Shown: piece after piece, positions 37,221 to 49,437 of the stretch
Layout: the number at the start of each line of letters is the position of its first letter
Position numbering within the stretch: position 1 is the stretch's first letter
DNA from: an uncultured Acidobacteriota bacterium
GTDB taxonomy: Bacteria > Acidobacteriota > JAQAZP01
Reading direction: 5' to 3'
DNA: 64,000 nucleotides
Assembly: GCA_963836075.1 (NCBI GenBank)
Contig: CAWIIB010000009.1
Coordinates: forward strand, 992,001 to 1,056,000
The notes under the pieces: generated by a model
What the model saw: the letters and a program-made list of their open reading frames with translations, nothing else
Databases searched by the model: none
Told to the model about the DNA's origin: nothing
Translations under genes and position numbers: made by a program

Positions 37221-37227
37221 GTCCCTC

Positions 37228-38268
37228 TCACTCCTGCCAGGAAAAGATCCGCTTCCAGTCGTTCTTCATGCTCACCACGGTCCAGCCGTTGGCTGCTGCT
37301 TCGTCCAACCCCTTGTCCAGTCCCCCGATGTGGGACCCCCGGTCGTAGGCCCACTCGCGGCCGGCATCGTCGTGGTGCACGTAGAGCATGAACCGCGCCC
37401 CGTCGCCGCCAGCGGTGTACTGCAGCATCTGCAGGTCGCCGTCGGAGTTGCCGAAGGCGGCGATGGGCCGTCGGCCGATGTGGCTGTTGATTCCCACCGG
37501 TTTTCCGGCCTTGTCGTCGATGAAGTCGATCTTCGGCAGTCGGCGCAGCACCGGTCCCTGGTCCGTCATCTCGAAGGCCGTCTTGATGCTGCTGCCCACC
37601 ACCTGCTCCGGCGGAATGCCGTAGACCCCTTCGGTCCAGGGGCGCATGAATTCGATGCCGCCGCCGGAGACGATATAGGTTTTGAACCCGTTGGCCCGCA
37701 AATAGCCCAATAGCTCCAGCATCGGCTGGTAGACCATCTCGGTGTACGGCTTGCCGGTGGTGGGGTGCTTCGCTTCAGCCAGCCAGCTGGTGACCACCCG
37801 GGTGAATTCGTCGGTGGTCATGTTGGCGTGGGTGGCCATCACCAGTTCCAGCAGACCGTGTTCGCCGCCGGCGGCAAGCGCCTCCATGTCGTTCTCCAGC
37901 ACCGCCTGGAACGGCTGGGTGGTGGCCCATTCCGGGTGATTCGCTGCTTCGGCCCTGACCCGGTCGATGGCGAACAGCAGCTGGAAGTAGGCCGGCTGTT
38001 CGGCCCAGAGCGTGCCGTCATTGTCGAACACCGCGATCCGCTCCGGTTCCGGCACGAACTCGGGGCTGTCCGCGGTAGTGACCCGGCTGACGAAATCGAG
38101 GATCGCCGTCCGGGCGTTTCCCTCGTTCCACGACTGCAGGGGATCAGCCGCGACTGTCTCCGTGGGGGGCGCCGTGTATTCAGAACAACCGGCGAGCAGC
38201 AGCAGGCAGCAGACCGCCGCTCCGTATAACAGATTCCTTGCATGTTGTCTCACGTTCATTGGGCACAC
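37228..38268 (-). CDS. HAD-family hydrolase lipoprotein (nonspecific acid phosphatase-like)
   Basis: Lipobox LAGC, motif I FDNDGTLW, IVSGGG, and AFGNSDGD motif IV. Confidence 0.88.
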   Translation of the reverse strand: MCPMNVRQHARNLLYGAAVCCLLLLAGCSEYTAPPTETVAADPLQSWNEGNARTAILDFVSRVTTADSPEFVPEPERIAVFDNDGTLWAEQPAYFQLLFAIDRVRAEAANHPEWATTQPFQAVLENDMEALAAGGEHGLLELVMATHANMTTDEFTRVVTSWLAEAKHPTTGKPYTEMVYQPMLELLGYLRANGFKTYIVSGGGIEFMRPWTEGVYGIPPEQVVGSSIKTAFEMTDQGPVLRRLPKIDFIDDKAGKPVGINSHIGRRPIAAFGNSDGDLQMLQYTAGGDGARFMLYVHHDDAGREWAYDRGSHIGGLDKGLDEAAANGWTVVSMKNDWKRIFSWQE

Positions 38269-38308
38269 TCTCCTTCCGGTTGTTCGGAAAATCGGGTCCG
38301 GCAGCCGT

Positions 38309-39283
<975 letters not shown>

Positions 39284-39303
39284 AATATCCCTTTGCTTTA
39301 TTT

Positions 39304-39906
39304 TTATTCGCTGTGCGCCTTGGCCTGCATGTTGAGGACCTGCACCGGGGCGATGCCGTAGCTCTCGACTTCCAGCACGCCTTCCTTGTTGAATTTGAAC
39401 CGGGCCGCCACAAAGACCGTGCCCTCACCGGACCCTTCGGCGTCGAGCATTATTTCAACAATGCCGAAAGGGTATTTCCGCGACCGGCTGGCCTGCATCT
39501 CCTCGGTGAAGAGCAGCGACCGGTTGGAGACCACCCGGATGACCCGGCCGTTTTCTGTGGGGATGGCGCGGATCACCGCCACATTGACCCGGAGGTCGTC
39601 GCCGATCCGCAGCCATCCGTCCTTATCCATCTTCTCCATCGCCTTGACCACGTCAGCATCGCCCTTTTCCGCGAGCAGATCACGCAGTGCGACGATTTCC
39701 TCGTCAGTGGTCAAGTTGTCGATCTGCAGGGTGAAGGGCAGGCTGCCCCCGCCACTCCCGGTGTTGACGATCCGGCCGGAGATCCGTTCGGGGGTGAATT
39801 CGGGCGCGGCCTCGGGGGTTTGTGCCGGACATGTGGTCGGACTCAGGGCCAGGGTGGCCAGTGCAATCAACACGGCAGTCATTGAAACACGAGTTATTTT
39901 CGTCAT
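39304..39906 (-). CDS. Secreted hypothetical protein (paralog B)
   Basis: Signal peptide; highly similar to 39993-40586 (TCPAQTPEAAP, PERISGRI, FTLQID, FKFNKEG, ESYG). Confidence 0.8.
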   Translation of the reverse strand: MTKITRVSMTAVLIALATLALSPTTCPAQTPEAAPEFTPERISGRIVNTGSGGGSLPFTLQIDNLTTDEEIVALRDLLAEKGDADVVKAMEKMDKDGWLRIGDDLRVNVAVIRAIPTENGRVIRVVSNRSLLFTEEMQASRSRKYPFGIVEIMLDAEGSGEGTVFVAARFKFNKEGVLEVESYGIAPVQVLNMQAKAHSE

Positions 39907-39992
39907 TGTTTCTTTCCTTCTCCTTTGTTTATTCGGACGCTGGATTGCCCTCGCAACGGTGAGCAGTCCTCACGCCGAACTGTATTCCAACG

Positions 39993-40586
39993 CTATTTCT
40001 CGCTGTTTGGTTTGGCCTGGGCATTGAGGATCTTCACCGGACCGGTGCCGTAGCTCTCGATTTCCAGCTGGCCCTCCTTGTTGAACTTGAACCGTGCCGC
40101 GGCGATGACCACGCCTTCACCGGTGTCGTCCGGGCCCAGAATGATCTCGACGATGCCGAAGCGGTATTTTTTTGACCGGGTGGCGTTCATCGACTCTACG
40201 AACATCAGGTTCCGGTCGGTGACCACCCGGACCACGCGGCCGCCCCCTTCGAGGGGCAGGGAGCGGATTACCGACACCTGGTAGCCGAGGCTGTTGCCGA
40301 TCTTGAGCCAGCCCTTGCTCGGCATGTCTTCCAGGGTCCTGACCACCGCCTGGTCGCCTTTCTCCGCGAGCATGGTGCGCAGGCCGGCGATCTCCTCATC
40401 CGAGCTCAGTTCGTCGATCTGCAGGGTGAAGTGGAGGCTGCCCGCCCCAGCACCGGTGTTGATGATCCGGCCGGAGATCCGTTCCGGCGAGAATGCTGGT
40501 GCGGCCTCGGGGGTCTGAGCCGGGCAGGTGGCGGCGGCCAGAGCCAGGATGCCGGTGAACAGGGCGAATCTGTAGCCAAATTTCAT
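39993..40586 (-). CDS. Secreted hypothetical protein (paralog A)
   Basis: GAGGAGG RBS, signal peptide; tandem paralog of 39304-39906. Confidence 0.8.
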   Translation of the reverse strand: MKFGYRFALFTGILALAAATCPAQTPEAAPAFSPERISGRIINTGAGAGSLHFTLQIDELSSDEEIAGLRTMLAEKGDQAVVRTLEDMPSKGWLKIGNSLGYQVSVIRSLPLEGGGRVVRVVTDRNLMFVESMNATRSKKYRFGIVEIILGPDDTGEGVVIAAARFKFNKEGQLEIESYGTGPVKILNAQAKPNSEK

Positions 40587-40747
40587 ATCGATCCCTCCTC
40601 TATTGAATGATGAAAGAGATGAATGTTCACATTTTAAAGATTATACCTGACACAGGTAAACAATGGCCGATTGACCAGGGCGGAATTTTGTACCCCGGCC
40701 AATCGGCCGTGCAAACCAGAAATAAGTTGCTCAGCCCGTCCTTAACA

Positions 40748-42283
40748 CTACTGACGGCTGTTCGCCGCCAGCATCGTATCGAGCACGGCATCGATGCTCA
40801 GGGAATCCCCCCGGGTTGGCGGGAAGTCCTTGAAGGTCGCCAGGAACTCTCCCACCAGGGCCTGGGCCGGGACGAACATGAACATCGTCTCGGCGTAGAA
40901 GTCACGGACGTACATCGCGGAATCCGGGCTCACCTCGTAGGGGTCCATCCGCAGGTTGATGATCAGCGGCCAGCTCGGCGTCTTGCGGTAGGCCTCGTTG
41001 ATCGAGCCCTCCATGATGGTGAAGTGCGCCTTCCAGTCCTTGTAGCGGACGGCGTTGAGGTTGCCGCCGGCGTCGAAGTAAAAGATCTCGTTCCGCTTGC
41101 CGGGGCCCTTGCCGGTGATCAGGTCCATCTGGTTGTAGCCGTCGAGGTGCGCCTTGAAGGTCTTGCCGTTGGCCTGGTGGCCGGTGAGCAGCTTTTCCTT
41201 GACGTCCGGTTCGCCGGCCGCGGCCAGCAGGGTGGGCATCCAGTCCTCGTGGGAGAAGATGTCGTTGATCACCGTGCCGGCCGGAACCGTGCCGGGCCAG
41301 CGGACCATCTGCGGAACCCGGAAGCCGCCTTCCCAGGTGGTGCCCTTCTCACCGCGGAACGGTGTCGTGCCCCCGTCGGGCCAGGTGAACTTCTCCGCAC
41401 CGTTGTCGGTGCTGAAGACCACGATGGTGTTGTCGGCGATGCCCAATTCGTCCAGCTTGGCCAGCAGGGCGCCGACGGTGTCGTCCAGTTCCATCATGCC
41501 GTCGGCGTAGAGGCCGTAGCCCGACTTGTTCCTGTATTTGTCGCTCAAGTGGGTCCAGACGTGCATCCGGGTGGTGTTGTGCCAGACGAAGAAGGGCTTG
41601 CCGGCCTTGTTCGCCCGGTCGATGAAGTCGAGGCTGGCTGCGAGGAACTCGTTGTCCGCGGTTTCCATCCGCTTCGAGGTCAGCGGGCCGGAGTCTTCAA
41701 TCGGGCCATCGGCGGTGGCGCGCAGCACACCCCGCGGGCCGAACTTTTCGTGGAACGCGCGGTCCTTGGGGTAGAACTGGCTTTCCGGCTCCTCTTCGGC
41801 GTTGAGGTGGTAGAGGTTGCCGAAGAACTCGTCGAACCCGTGATTGGTCGGCAGGTGCTCGTCCCGGTCACCCAGGTGGTTCTTGCCGAACTGCCCGGAG
41901 ACATACCCGTGGTTCTTCAGCAGCTCTGCAATGGTGGGGTCCTTGTCCTGGATCCCCTGCTTGGCGCCCGGCATGCCGATGGTCAGCAGGCCGGTGCGGA
42001 ACGGGTGCTGGCCGAGGATGAACGAGGCCCGGCCGGCGGTGCAGCTCTGCTGGGCGTAGGCGTCGGTGAAGATCGCGCCCTCGTTGGCGATACGGTCGAT
42101 GTTCGGCGTGCGACCGCCCATCAAGCCGTTGTGGTAGGCGCTGATGTTCATGTTGCCCACGTCGTCACCCCAGATGACGAGGATGTTCGGCTTGTCCTGG
42201 GCGGCTGCCGTGGCGGCGCCGAATACCATGGCGCCGATCACGAAGAGCATGACGATCAAGGGATTGGCAAAAAGACGGTTCAT
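40748..42283 (-). CDS. Arylsulfatase (Cys-type, formylglycine-dependent)
   Basis: Signal peptide, KPNILVIWGDD, SCTAGR (CxAxR) signature, GKNHLG, TDNG, EKGTTWEGG. Confidence 0.93.
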   Translation of the reverse strand: MNRLFANPLIVMLFVIGAMVFGAATAAAQDKPNILVIWGDDVGNMNISAYHNGLMGGRTPNIDRIANEGAIFTDAYAQQSCTAGRASFILGQHPFRTGLLTIGMPGAKQGIQDKDPTIAELLKNHGYVSGQFGKNHLGDRDEHLPTNHGFDEFFGNLYHLNAEEEPESQFYPKDRAFHEKFGPRGVLRATADGPIEDSGPLTSKRMETADNEFLAASLDFIDRANKAGKPFFVWHNTTRMHVWTHLSDKYRNKSGYGLYADGMMELDDTVGALLAKLDELGIADNTIVVFSTDNGAEKFTWPDGGTTPFRGEKGTTWEGGFRVPQMVRWPGTVPAGTVINDIFSHEDWMPTLLAAAGEPDVKEKLLTGHQANGKTFKAHLDGYNQMDLITGKGPGKRNEIFYFDAGGNLNAVRYKDWKAHFTIMEGSINEAYRKTPSWPLIINLRMDPYEVSPDSAMYVRDFYAETMFMFVPAQALVGEFLATFKDFPPTRGDSLSIDAVLDTMLAANSRQ

Positions 42284-42304
42284 TCGATTGTCCTTTCAAA
42301 ATTG

Positions 42305-42329
42305 AAAAGGGGGGGCGTCCGGTCCCCCC
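42305..42329 (-). terminator. Possible intrinsic terminator/attenuating hairpin between the two sulfatase genes
   Basis: Minus strand GGGGGG-ACCGGACG-CCCCCCC followed by TTTT. Confidence 0.4.
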
Positions 42330-42353
42330 GTTCGGTTCATCGGTCACAGAGAA

Positions 42354-43901
<1,548 letters not shown>

Positions 43902-43996
43902 CGGTGCATTCCTCCAGTTGGTGTTGTGAGGGGATATGGTTGTCCCGTAGAAATCAATGCGATGCGGCTTTCAGGTGTTGCTCGAAGCTAAGAATT

Positions 43997-44025
43997 ATCC
44001 TATTGTGAACGACTGATATTGTCAA
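43997..44025 (-). promoter_or_regulatory. Sigma70-type promoter for the sulfatase-MoxR/VWA block
   Basis: Minus strand TTGACA (44025-44020), 17-bp spacer, TAGGAT (44002-43997), about 95 bp upstream of the sulfatase start. Confidence 0.6.
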
Positions 44026-44161
44026 TGATTTCATTTCAATCGAGCGGTGCGATCCGTCTTCTCATGGTTCGATTCGGATGATCGATGATAATTGTCTATA
44101 TTTTTGCCGGAGTCAACCCTGTTGTTGCGCTCAATAGAGAGATAGACAAATGGCGAAAAGG

Positions 44162-45916
44162 TTACAGGGAAGTATCCTCCTGGTCCTCCGGCGGGGCAGG
44201 TGCCGGGCTCCGGCGGCCGGGGGGTACCACAAGCGGTTCGGGCGGGTCGGCCACGTAGTGCGGCGACATGATCTGCACCCCGTGCTCGTTGAAGATGTCC
44301 TGGATGTTGGCGTGGAGCTGCGAGAGCACCGGGCCGCGGGTTTCCGGCCGCTCGATGACCGCCATCAGCTTGTACTCGGGGTAGTAGTCGGAGAGGCTGG
44401 TCTGCAGCACGAACGGTTTCGGCTCGTTGCGCAGGCCCCCGGTCATTTCCGCCGCCTGCACCAGCATCGCCTCGACCTGCCGCCAGGGCGTGTCGTAGCC
44501 GATGGTGACCACGGTATTGATCCGCACCCCCTCTTCGGCAAAGCGGCTGTAGTTGATCGTCTCCTTGGAGATGACCACCGCGTTGGGCACGGTGACCTCC
44601 TCGCCGGCCACGGTGCGGACCTTGGTCGAGAGCATGCCCAGTTCGAGCACCGTCCCTTCGATATCTCCCACGTGGACGAAGTCGCCCACACGCAGGGCCC
44701 GGGAATACATCAGCATGAAGCCGCTCATCAACTGGTTGACGATGCCGGTGGAGCCGAGGGAGATCACCAACCCGATGAAAACGCTCACCCCCTTGAACGC
44801 GTCGGTGCTGCTGCCCGGGAAGTAGGGGTAGGCCACCACCACGGCCAGCAGCCAGACCGCCGCGGACAGGATGCGCTGGGTGGGTTTGGCGGTTTCGGGG
44901 TGGATCCCGGGGATCAGCAGCCGTTCCATCTCCACCGCGGCGAAGATCGCGTGGATCAGCCGGATCACGAGGCGGGCGAGGAGGAAAATCACCAGGATGG
45001 TGAAGAGGTTGGGCAGGGCGCTGAGAATGCCCCCCCCGATCCAGGCCAACGTTCCGATGAGGAACCCGCCCAGCGCCTCGCCCCAGGGACGGGTGAAGGG
45101 GAAGAGTTCCAGCACCCGGGTGAGCCAGATGTAGGTCAGCATAAGCACGGCGGCCAGGTAGACCAGCCCCACCACCCGCCGGACAACAGAGATGATCTTG
45201 GCCCGCTGCGCTCTTTCCTGGGCGATCTTGCCCGCGAACGACTTCTGCAGCCCCTTGCCGGTCTGCTTGAGAAACTGTTTTTCGATGATCCGCCGGAGCC
45301 GGTGGAGCAGCCAGAGCAGGAAGCCGAAGAGGAGCGTCAAAACCACGGCACGGGCCACCCGGAAAAGGAGTTGTTTCGGCAGCAGGAGCTCTTCCGCCTC
45401 GGTGATGGCCAGTTCGAGGTTGTTCTTCGCCTCGGCCGCCCGCCCCTCCAATGTCTCACCGGCGATCAGGTCCAGGTCGGCTTCCACGACGGCGAAGATC
45501 GGTTGTCCGGCAATGCGGATCAGGATCGCCCGGCCGATGTTCAGGAGATCCACCGGACCGGTGACCCGGTTCTCCATCTGCTCGTTGATTCGCATGGCTG
45601 CCTGCGCGGCCCGCAACTCCGGTGACGCCCCGGTGACTTCGGCCCGGAAAAGGGTGATATCGCGGTTCATGAAGGTCAGCGTCGCGTACTGGTTGGCGGG
45701 CGCCCGCACCACCATGCTTTCCGGGAGGACGAACCCGGACGGCTCTTTCCCGGCGGGTTGCTGTTGGCCGGACTCGGCTTGAACGGCGTCGGGCCGCTGC
45801 GGATCGGGTGGAGGTTCCTGGGCCGTCAGGCAGGCGCCTGAAAGTACGACAATGAGAGCGAACAGCAGTGCCGGCAGACGGATAAGTGCCGATGGATTCT
45901 TGCGAGACATGTTCAC
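44162..45916 (-). CDS. MscS-family mechanosensitive channel with periplasmic N-terminal domain
   Basis: Signal peptide, several TM helices, GDFVHVGDIEGTV, VTVPN, VTIGYD, IQDIFNEHGVQIMSPHY. Confidence 0.9.
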   Translation of the reverse strand: MNMSRKNPSALIRLPALLFALIVVLSGACLTAQEPPPDPQRPDAVQAESGQQQPAGKEPSGFVLPESMVVRAPANQYATLTFMNRDITLFRAEVTGASPELRAAQAAMRINEQMENRVTGPVDLLNIGRAILIRIAGQPIFAVVEADLDLIAGETLEGRAAEAKNNLELAITEAEELLLPKQLLFRVARAVVLTLLFGFLLWLLHRLRRIIEKQFLKQTGKGLQKSFAGKIAQERAQRAKIISVVRRVVGLVYLAAVLMLTYIWLTRVLELFPFTRPWGEALGGFLIGTLAWIGGGILSALPNLFTILVIFLLARLVIRLIHAIFAAVEMERLLIPGIHPETAKPTQRILSAAVWLLAVVVAYPYFPGSSTDAFKGVSVFIGLVISLGSTGIVNQLMSGFMLMYSRALRVGDFVHVGDIEGTVLELGMLSTKVRTVAGEEVTVPNAVVISKETINYSRFAEEGVRINTVVTIGYDTPWRQVEAMLVQAAEMTGGLRNEPKPFVLQTSLSDYYPEYKLMAVIERPETRGPVLSQLHANIQDIFNEHGVQIMSPHYVADPPEPLVVPPGRRSPAPAPPEDQEDTSL

Positions 45917-45955
45917 CCCCTTGAAGAAATCAAAAAACGGTGACTTCCACCGGAG

Positions 45956-46025
45956 TAATTGGGGACGGTGACCTATTTAATCAGGACAATATTGTAAGTA
46001 ACAATTAGGTCACTGTCCCCAATTA
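45956..46025. repeat. Second family of palindromic miniature element (GGGGAC(A/G)GTGACCTA arms)
   Basis: 20-bp inverted arms TAATTGGGGACGGTGACCTA / TAGGTCACTGTCCCCAATTA (one G-T mismatch) around an AT-rich 30-nt spacer. Confidence 0.75.
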
Positions 46026-46028
46026 TTC

Positions 46029-48176
46029 TTATTTCCTCCGTCCACCGCCCCGCGGCGCCGACGGCCGGCTGGGCATGCTGCGCGGCGCGCTGCGCGGCGG
46101 AGCGCTCATGCCGCGCGACTGGCCCCGGGAACGGGCGCTGGGCTGCCTCGACGTTTTCGGGCTGCTGGGCGCCTTGCTCGGCTGCCAGCTGCTGCCCTTG
46201 CGCTGGTCCCAACTGCCGCCGGGGTTACTGCGGTAGACATTGCCCCGGGGGTCGGTCACCAGGTTGTTCGGCTTGCCTGCAGCGGTGCCCGGACGGGTCC
46301 CAGGTGTGGCCGTCGGCTGTTTCGCCATCCTGTTCGCATTCTGGTTCTTGGCATAGATGTTGTTTCTCGGCGCCGCGGCAGGCAGTGTGCCGGGCTTGGC
46401 CCCCGGGGTGCCCGGTTTTGATCCCGGCGGCCGGGCCGACGGCGGTTTGACCGACGGCGGCCGGTTCCCGCCGTTTGGTGGGCGGTATCCCGGCGGCCGG
46501 TGGTGCGGCGGACGGTATGGCGGGTAGTAGGGCCGGCGCCAGCCGCCCGGTCCCCACCAGCCGTAGCGGCCCCAGCCGTGACCCACGCTGATGCGGAATG
46601 GCCCGTAACCCCAGCTGACCCCGAAGCCCCAGCCGTACCAGGGACTGTAGGTGGCGTGAAAACCCCAGGTGCAGGGCCGCGGGTAGTAGTAGCGGCCGTA
46701 CCAGCCGGGGTAGTACCAGCCGGTGCCGTAGACCACGCAGCCGCCATAGGCGTAGCTGCCCATGTAGCCCGGCGTGTACCCGGTGTAGACCACGGTGGGC
46801 GTCACGTCATAGACCCTGACGTAGGTCACGTTGTGGTGCGGGTTCGACGCTGGGATGTCGTAAATCGTGGAGGGGATCTCGGTGGCCACCGCCCAGGGCC
46901 CGGTGGCCGCCCCGGAGACATACCAGACTCCCTGGTCGCAGCAGTAGTAGAGCGTTCCCGCCTTGAACACCGACTGGGGGGAGTTGACCGCGTACTGCGC
47001 GCTGGCCTCCTCGATGTTCTCGAATTTCGGTGTGCCGTCGTATTCCACGTTCAGCGAACTGTCGCTGCGGTCGATGGCCGCGGTCTGGGGGATCAGGTTG
47101 TCCATCATCGCTTCCCGGGCCTGGTCGGTCCCCGGGACGTGGGCCAGCACGTCGGAGATTTCGGAATCGGCCGGGATCCGGGCGAAGTCCTCGGGGAGCT
47201 GGCCGGGATCGACGAAGCGGAAGGGCCCTTCCAGCGATTTATCGCTGAGATACCAGCGGCCGGAGAGGAGCACGAAGTGCTTCTGCGATTTGGTGTCGAC
47301 GATGATCATGCTCTCGGTGTTGGTCACGTAGAGCAGGTCGAGGTCGGCCACCGGGGCATATTCCGGCGCACCCTCGGTGACGATCAGCTCGGTGGGGCCG
47401 GTGACCACCAGCACCGCCGGTATGATGTCGTCGTCGTCCTCCACCTCTTCCTTCTCTTCCTCGGTGAGCAGCGCCTTGACCTCTTTGGGCACCCGGTTCG
47501 TAGGGGAATAGGGGCCCAGCACCTGGGTGGCGGAGAACCAGAGCTTTCCTCCGCCGCTGAGGTAGTAACTCTCCTTCTTCGGGTGCCAGGCGATGAGGTT
47601 CGGACTGTTTACCACCCGCTCGACCTTCTTTTTGGCTGATTTTTCCGGCATGGTCACCGGCTGCTGACGGGGCTCCCCGTCGATGTAGACCAGCAGGGTC
47701 GGTTCGGTAGCGGTGAGGATGTCCGGCGGGTCGTGCTTGAGCCCTTCGTCGCGGATCTCCTCGTGATCGGCCAGCTCCAGCAGCGTGATCAGGCTGTCCA
47801 GCGACTCTTCCATGTCCCAGGTGGGGATTTCCTTCTCCAGCAGGTCGGCCAGCGCCTGTTTGTCTTCCTCGCTGGCCTCGGGGAAGCGGACGTCGGGAAT
47901 TTTGATCTCCCGCAGCTTGACCGTGCGGTTGTCCCGGTCCACCTCCATGCGTGCGGTAATCCAGACGGCGCCGAAGTGCGGTTCGGTCTCACCGGTCAGG
48001 GTCACCGAAACGGCGGCCCGGGCCTGGATGTCATTGGCGGTCAGTTCCTCCACCTGCGGTTCGTAGATGGTGATCAGGGCCTTGGGGACCTGGACCTCCC
48101 GCGGCCAGTCCGATGCCGCGGCCAGGACCGTGACCGGGGCCAGCAGCAGGATGAGGATCAGTGATTTCCAGTTCAT
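46029..48176 (-). CDS. Secreted conserved hypothetical protein with Tyr/Trp/Gly-rich and Pro/Arg-rich C-terminal tail
   Basis: GAGGAG RBS, signal peptide, WPRE...IYEPQVE, repeated Y..sG.W(F/Y)....L.GPW modules, YTPGY.G...VVYGTGWYYP, and a low-complexity tail. Confidence 0.8.
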   Translation of the reverse strand: MNWKSLILILLLAPVTVLAAASDWPREVQVPKALITIYEPQVEELTANDIQARAAVSVTLTGETEPHFGAVWITARMEVDRDNRTVKLREIKIPDVRFPEASEEDKQALADLLEKEIPTWDMEESLDSLITLLELADHEEIRDEGLKHDPPDILTATEPTLLVYIDGEPRQQPVTMPEKSAKKKVERVVNSPNLIAWHPKKESYYLSGGGKLWFSATQVLGPYSPTNRVPKEVKALLTEEEKEEVEDDDDIIPAVLVVTGPTELIVTEGAPEYAPVADLDLLYVTNTESMIIVDTKSQKHFVLLSGRWYLSDKSLEGPFRFVDPGQLPEDFARIPADSEISDVLAHVPGTDQAREAMMDNLIPQTAAIDRSDSSLNVEYDGTPKFENIEEASAQYAVNSPQSVFKAGTLYYCCDQGVWYVSGAATGPWAVATEIPSTIYDIPASNPHHNVTYVRVYDVTPTVVYTGYTPGYMGSYAYGGCVVYGTGWYYPGWYGRYYYPRPCTWGFHATYSPWYGWGFGVSWGYGPFRISVGHGWGRYGWWGPGGWRRPYYPPYRPPHHRPPGYRPPNGGNRPPSVKPPSARPPGSKPGTPGAKPGTLPAAAPRNNIYAKNQNANRMAKQPTATPGTRPGTAAGKPNNLVTDPRGNVYRSNPGGSWDQRKGSSWQPSKAPSSPKTSRQPSARSRGQSRGMSAPPRSAPRSMPSRPSAPRGGGRRK

Positions 48177-48372
48177 TTATTGCATGCTCCTCGATAGGGA
48201 TGCCGGTGGCGGGTGGTTGGAAGTGAAAAACCGCCCCGATCCGGCTGGTATATTCATCGATGGAAGTTAGCCCAGGCAATGAATATAGCATAAAAAACGA
48301 AATCCACGGGGAATCTTCACCAAAGCGCCAGGGGGGCCGCACTCTCTTCCGGGCCTGTTGCTGCAAGGGATT

Positions 48373-49437
48373 CTAGAAGACCAGCGCTTTGACGGCGGCC
48401 ACGACAAAGAGGGCCGGGTAGACGACCCGGGCCCAGAGATCGATGCGCAGGGCCAGGTCCTCGCGGCCGTCCTTGGCCAGCCGGCTGGTGAGCACGGCTT
48501 CGCCCAGGGCGGAGAAGACCAGCACCGCACAGAGAAGCACCATCTGGTCGGCCCGGGTGAGGTAGCTGACCCGGGGCACCATCTGGCGCAGGCTGAGCAG
48601 GAAGGCGATGAGGGTGAAGGTGGCGGCGGTGGAGAGGCCCACCTGGGGGGCGAAGTGCTCGGGGTTGATCCAGAAAACGGTCCAGGCCATGAAGACGATG
48701 AGCATCAGGGGGATGAAGCCGTTCCAGATGTAGTAGGCGGTCTCCCGCTGGACGATCAGGCTGTAATCGAGGCGCGGCCTCTTGATCCTCCCGCCCCCCA
48801 GAATATCAACTCCGTCCCGGGTTTCCGTGCCCGTGGCGTCCCAGCCGGTCAGGGAAAGCCTTTCGCTGACGCTGGTGAACTGCTCGTCCAGCACCAGGTC
48901 CACCTCGTCGGGCTCGTACCGCAGAGACACCAGGGAAATGGGCAGGGTCTGCCGGTCGAAGGGGAAGTCCTGCAGGTGCAGCGGTGCCACCAGCTCGCCG
49001 CTGTATCGGTTGACCGTGCGGACATTGCCCTCGGCGTCCACCTCCACCAGGTCCTGGTAGTGGCTTTTCAGGTCGCGCTGGTTCAGCAGATCGACCGCGG
49101 GGTGCCAGATGTCGGACCTGGTGATGGTGCAGTTTTCCAGGGAGTAGCCCAGCGCCTGGACGGAGAGCCGGGGGTCGCGCCACTTGACGGCGACGGCGAA
49201 ATCAGCGGTGAACTGTTGGGAGGTGTCGCTCAGCTCGAAGATGTCGATGACCACGATGCCCACCTCCACCCGGGTGGGCGGCCCCTCGGGGTCGGGACGT
49301 GTCTTGGTCAGGATGGTGGGAACGGTGCAGTCCTGCGCCCGGACCGGGACGGCGGCGAACAGGCTGAGGACCAGCAGAAAGCTGAGTATCCCCGAAGTCA
49401 CACAAACAGATATGACCGATTCATTTCTGGCCCTCAT
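48373..49437 (-). CDS. Prokaryotic pentameric ligand-gated ion channel (GLIC/ELIC-like)
   Basis: Signal peptide; PTRVEVGI, FTADF...WRDPRL, IWHP, Pro-loop LQDFPFDRQ; four TM helices with the PRVSYLT M2-M3 loop. Confidence 0.85.
   Translation of the reverse strand: MRARNESVISVCVTSGILSFLLVLSLFAAVPVRAQDCTVPTILTKTRPDPEGPPTRVEVGIVVIDIFELSDTSQQFTADFAVAVKWRDPRLSVQALGYSLENCTITRSDIWHPAVDLLNQRDLKSHYQDLVEVDAEGNVRTVNRYSGELVAPLHLQDFPFDRQTLPISLVSLRYEPDEVDLVLDEQFTSVSERLSLTGWDATGTETRDGVDILGGGRIKRPRLDYSLIVQRETAYYIWNGFIPLMLIVFMAWTVFWINPEHFAPQVGLSTAATFTLIAFLLSLRQMVPRVSYLTRADQMVLLCAVLVFSALGEAVLTSRLAKDGREDLALRIDLWARVVYPALFVVAAVKALVF

Noticed and set aside
40664-40710. Hairpin GGCCGATTG...CAATCGGCC downstream of the sulfatase
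   Set aside because: It is single-copy in the window with no clear U-tract; probably an ordinary mRNA stem, not enough to call a feature.
40906-40915. GGACGTACAT match to the element end
   Set aside because: Only 10 bp, inside intact sulfatase coding sequence (MYVR), with no ATGAAT repeats; likely chance.
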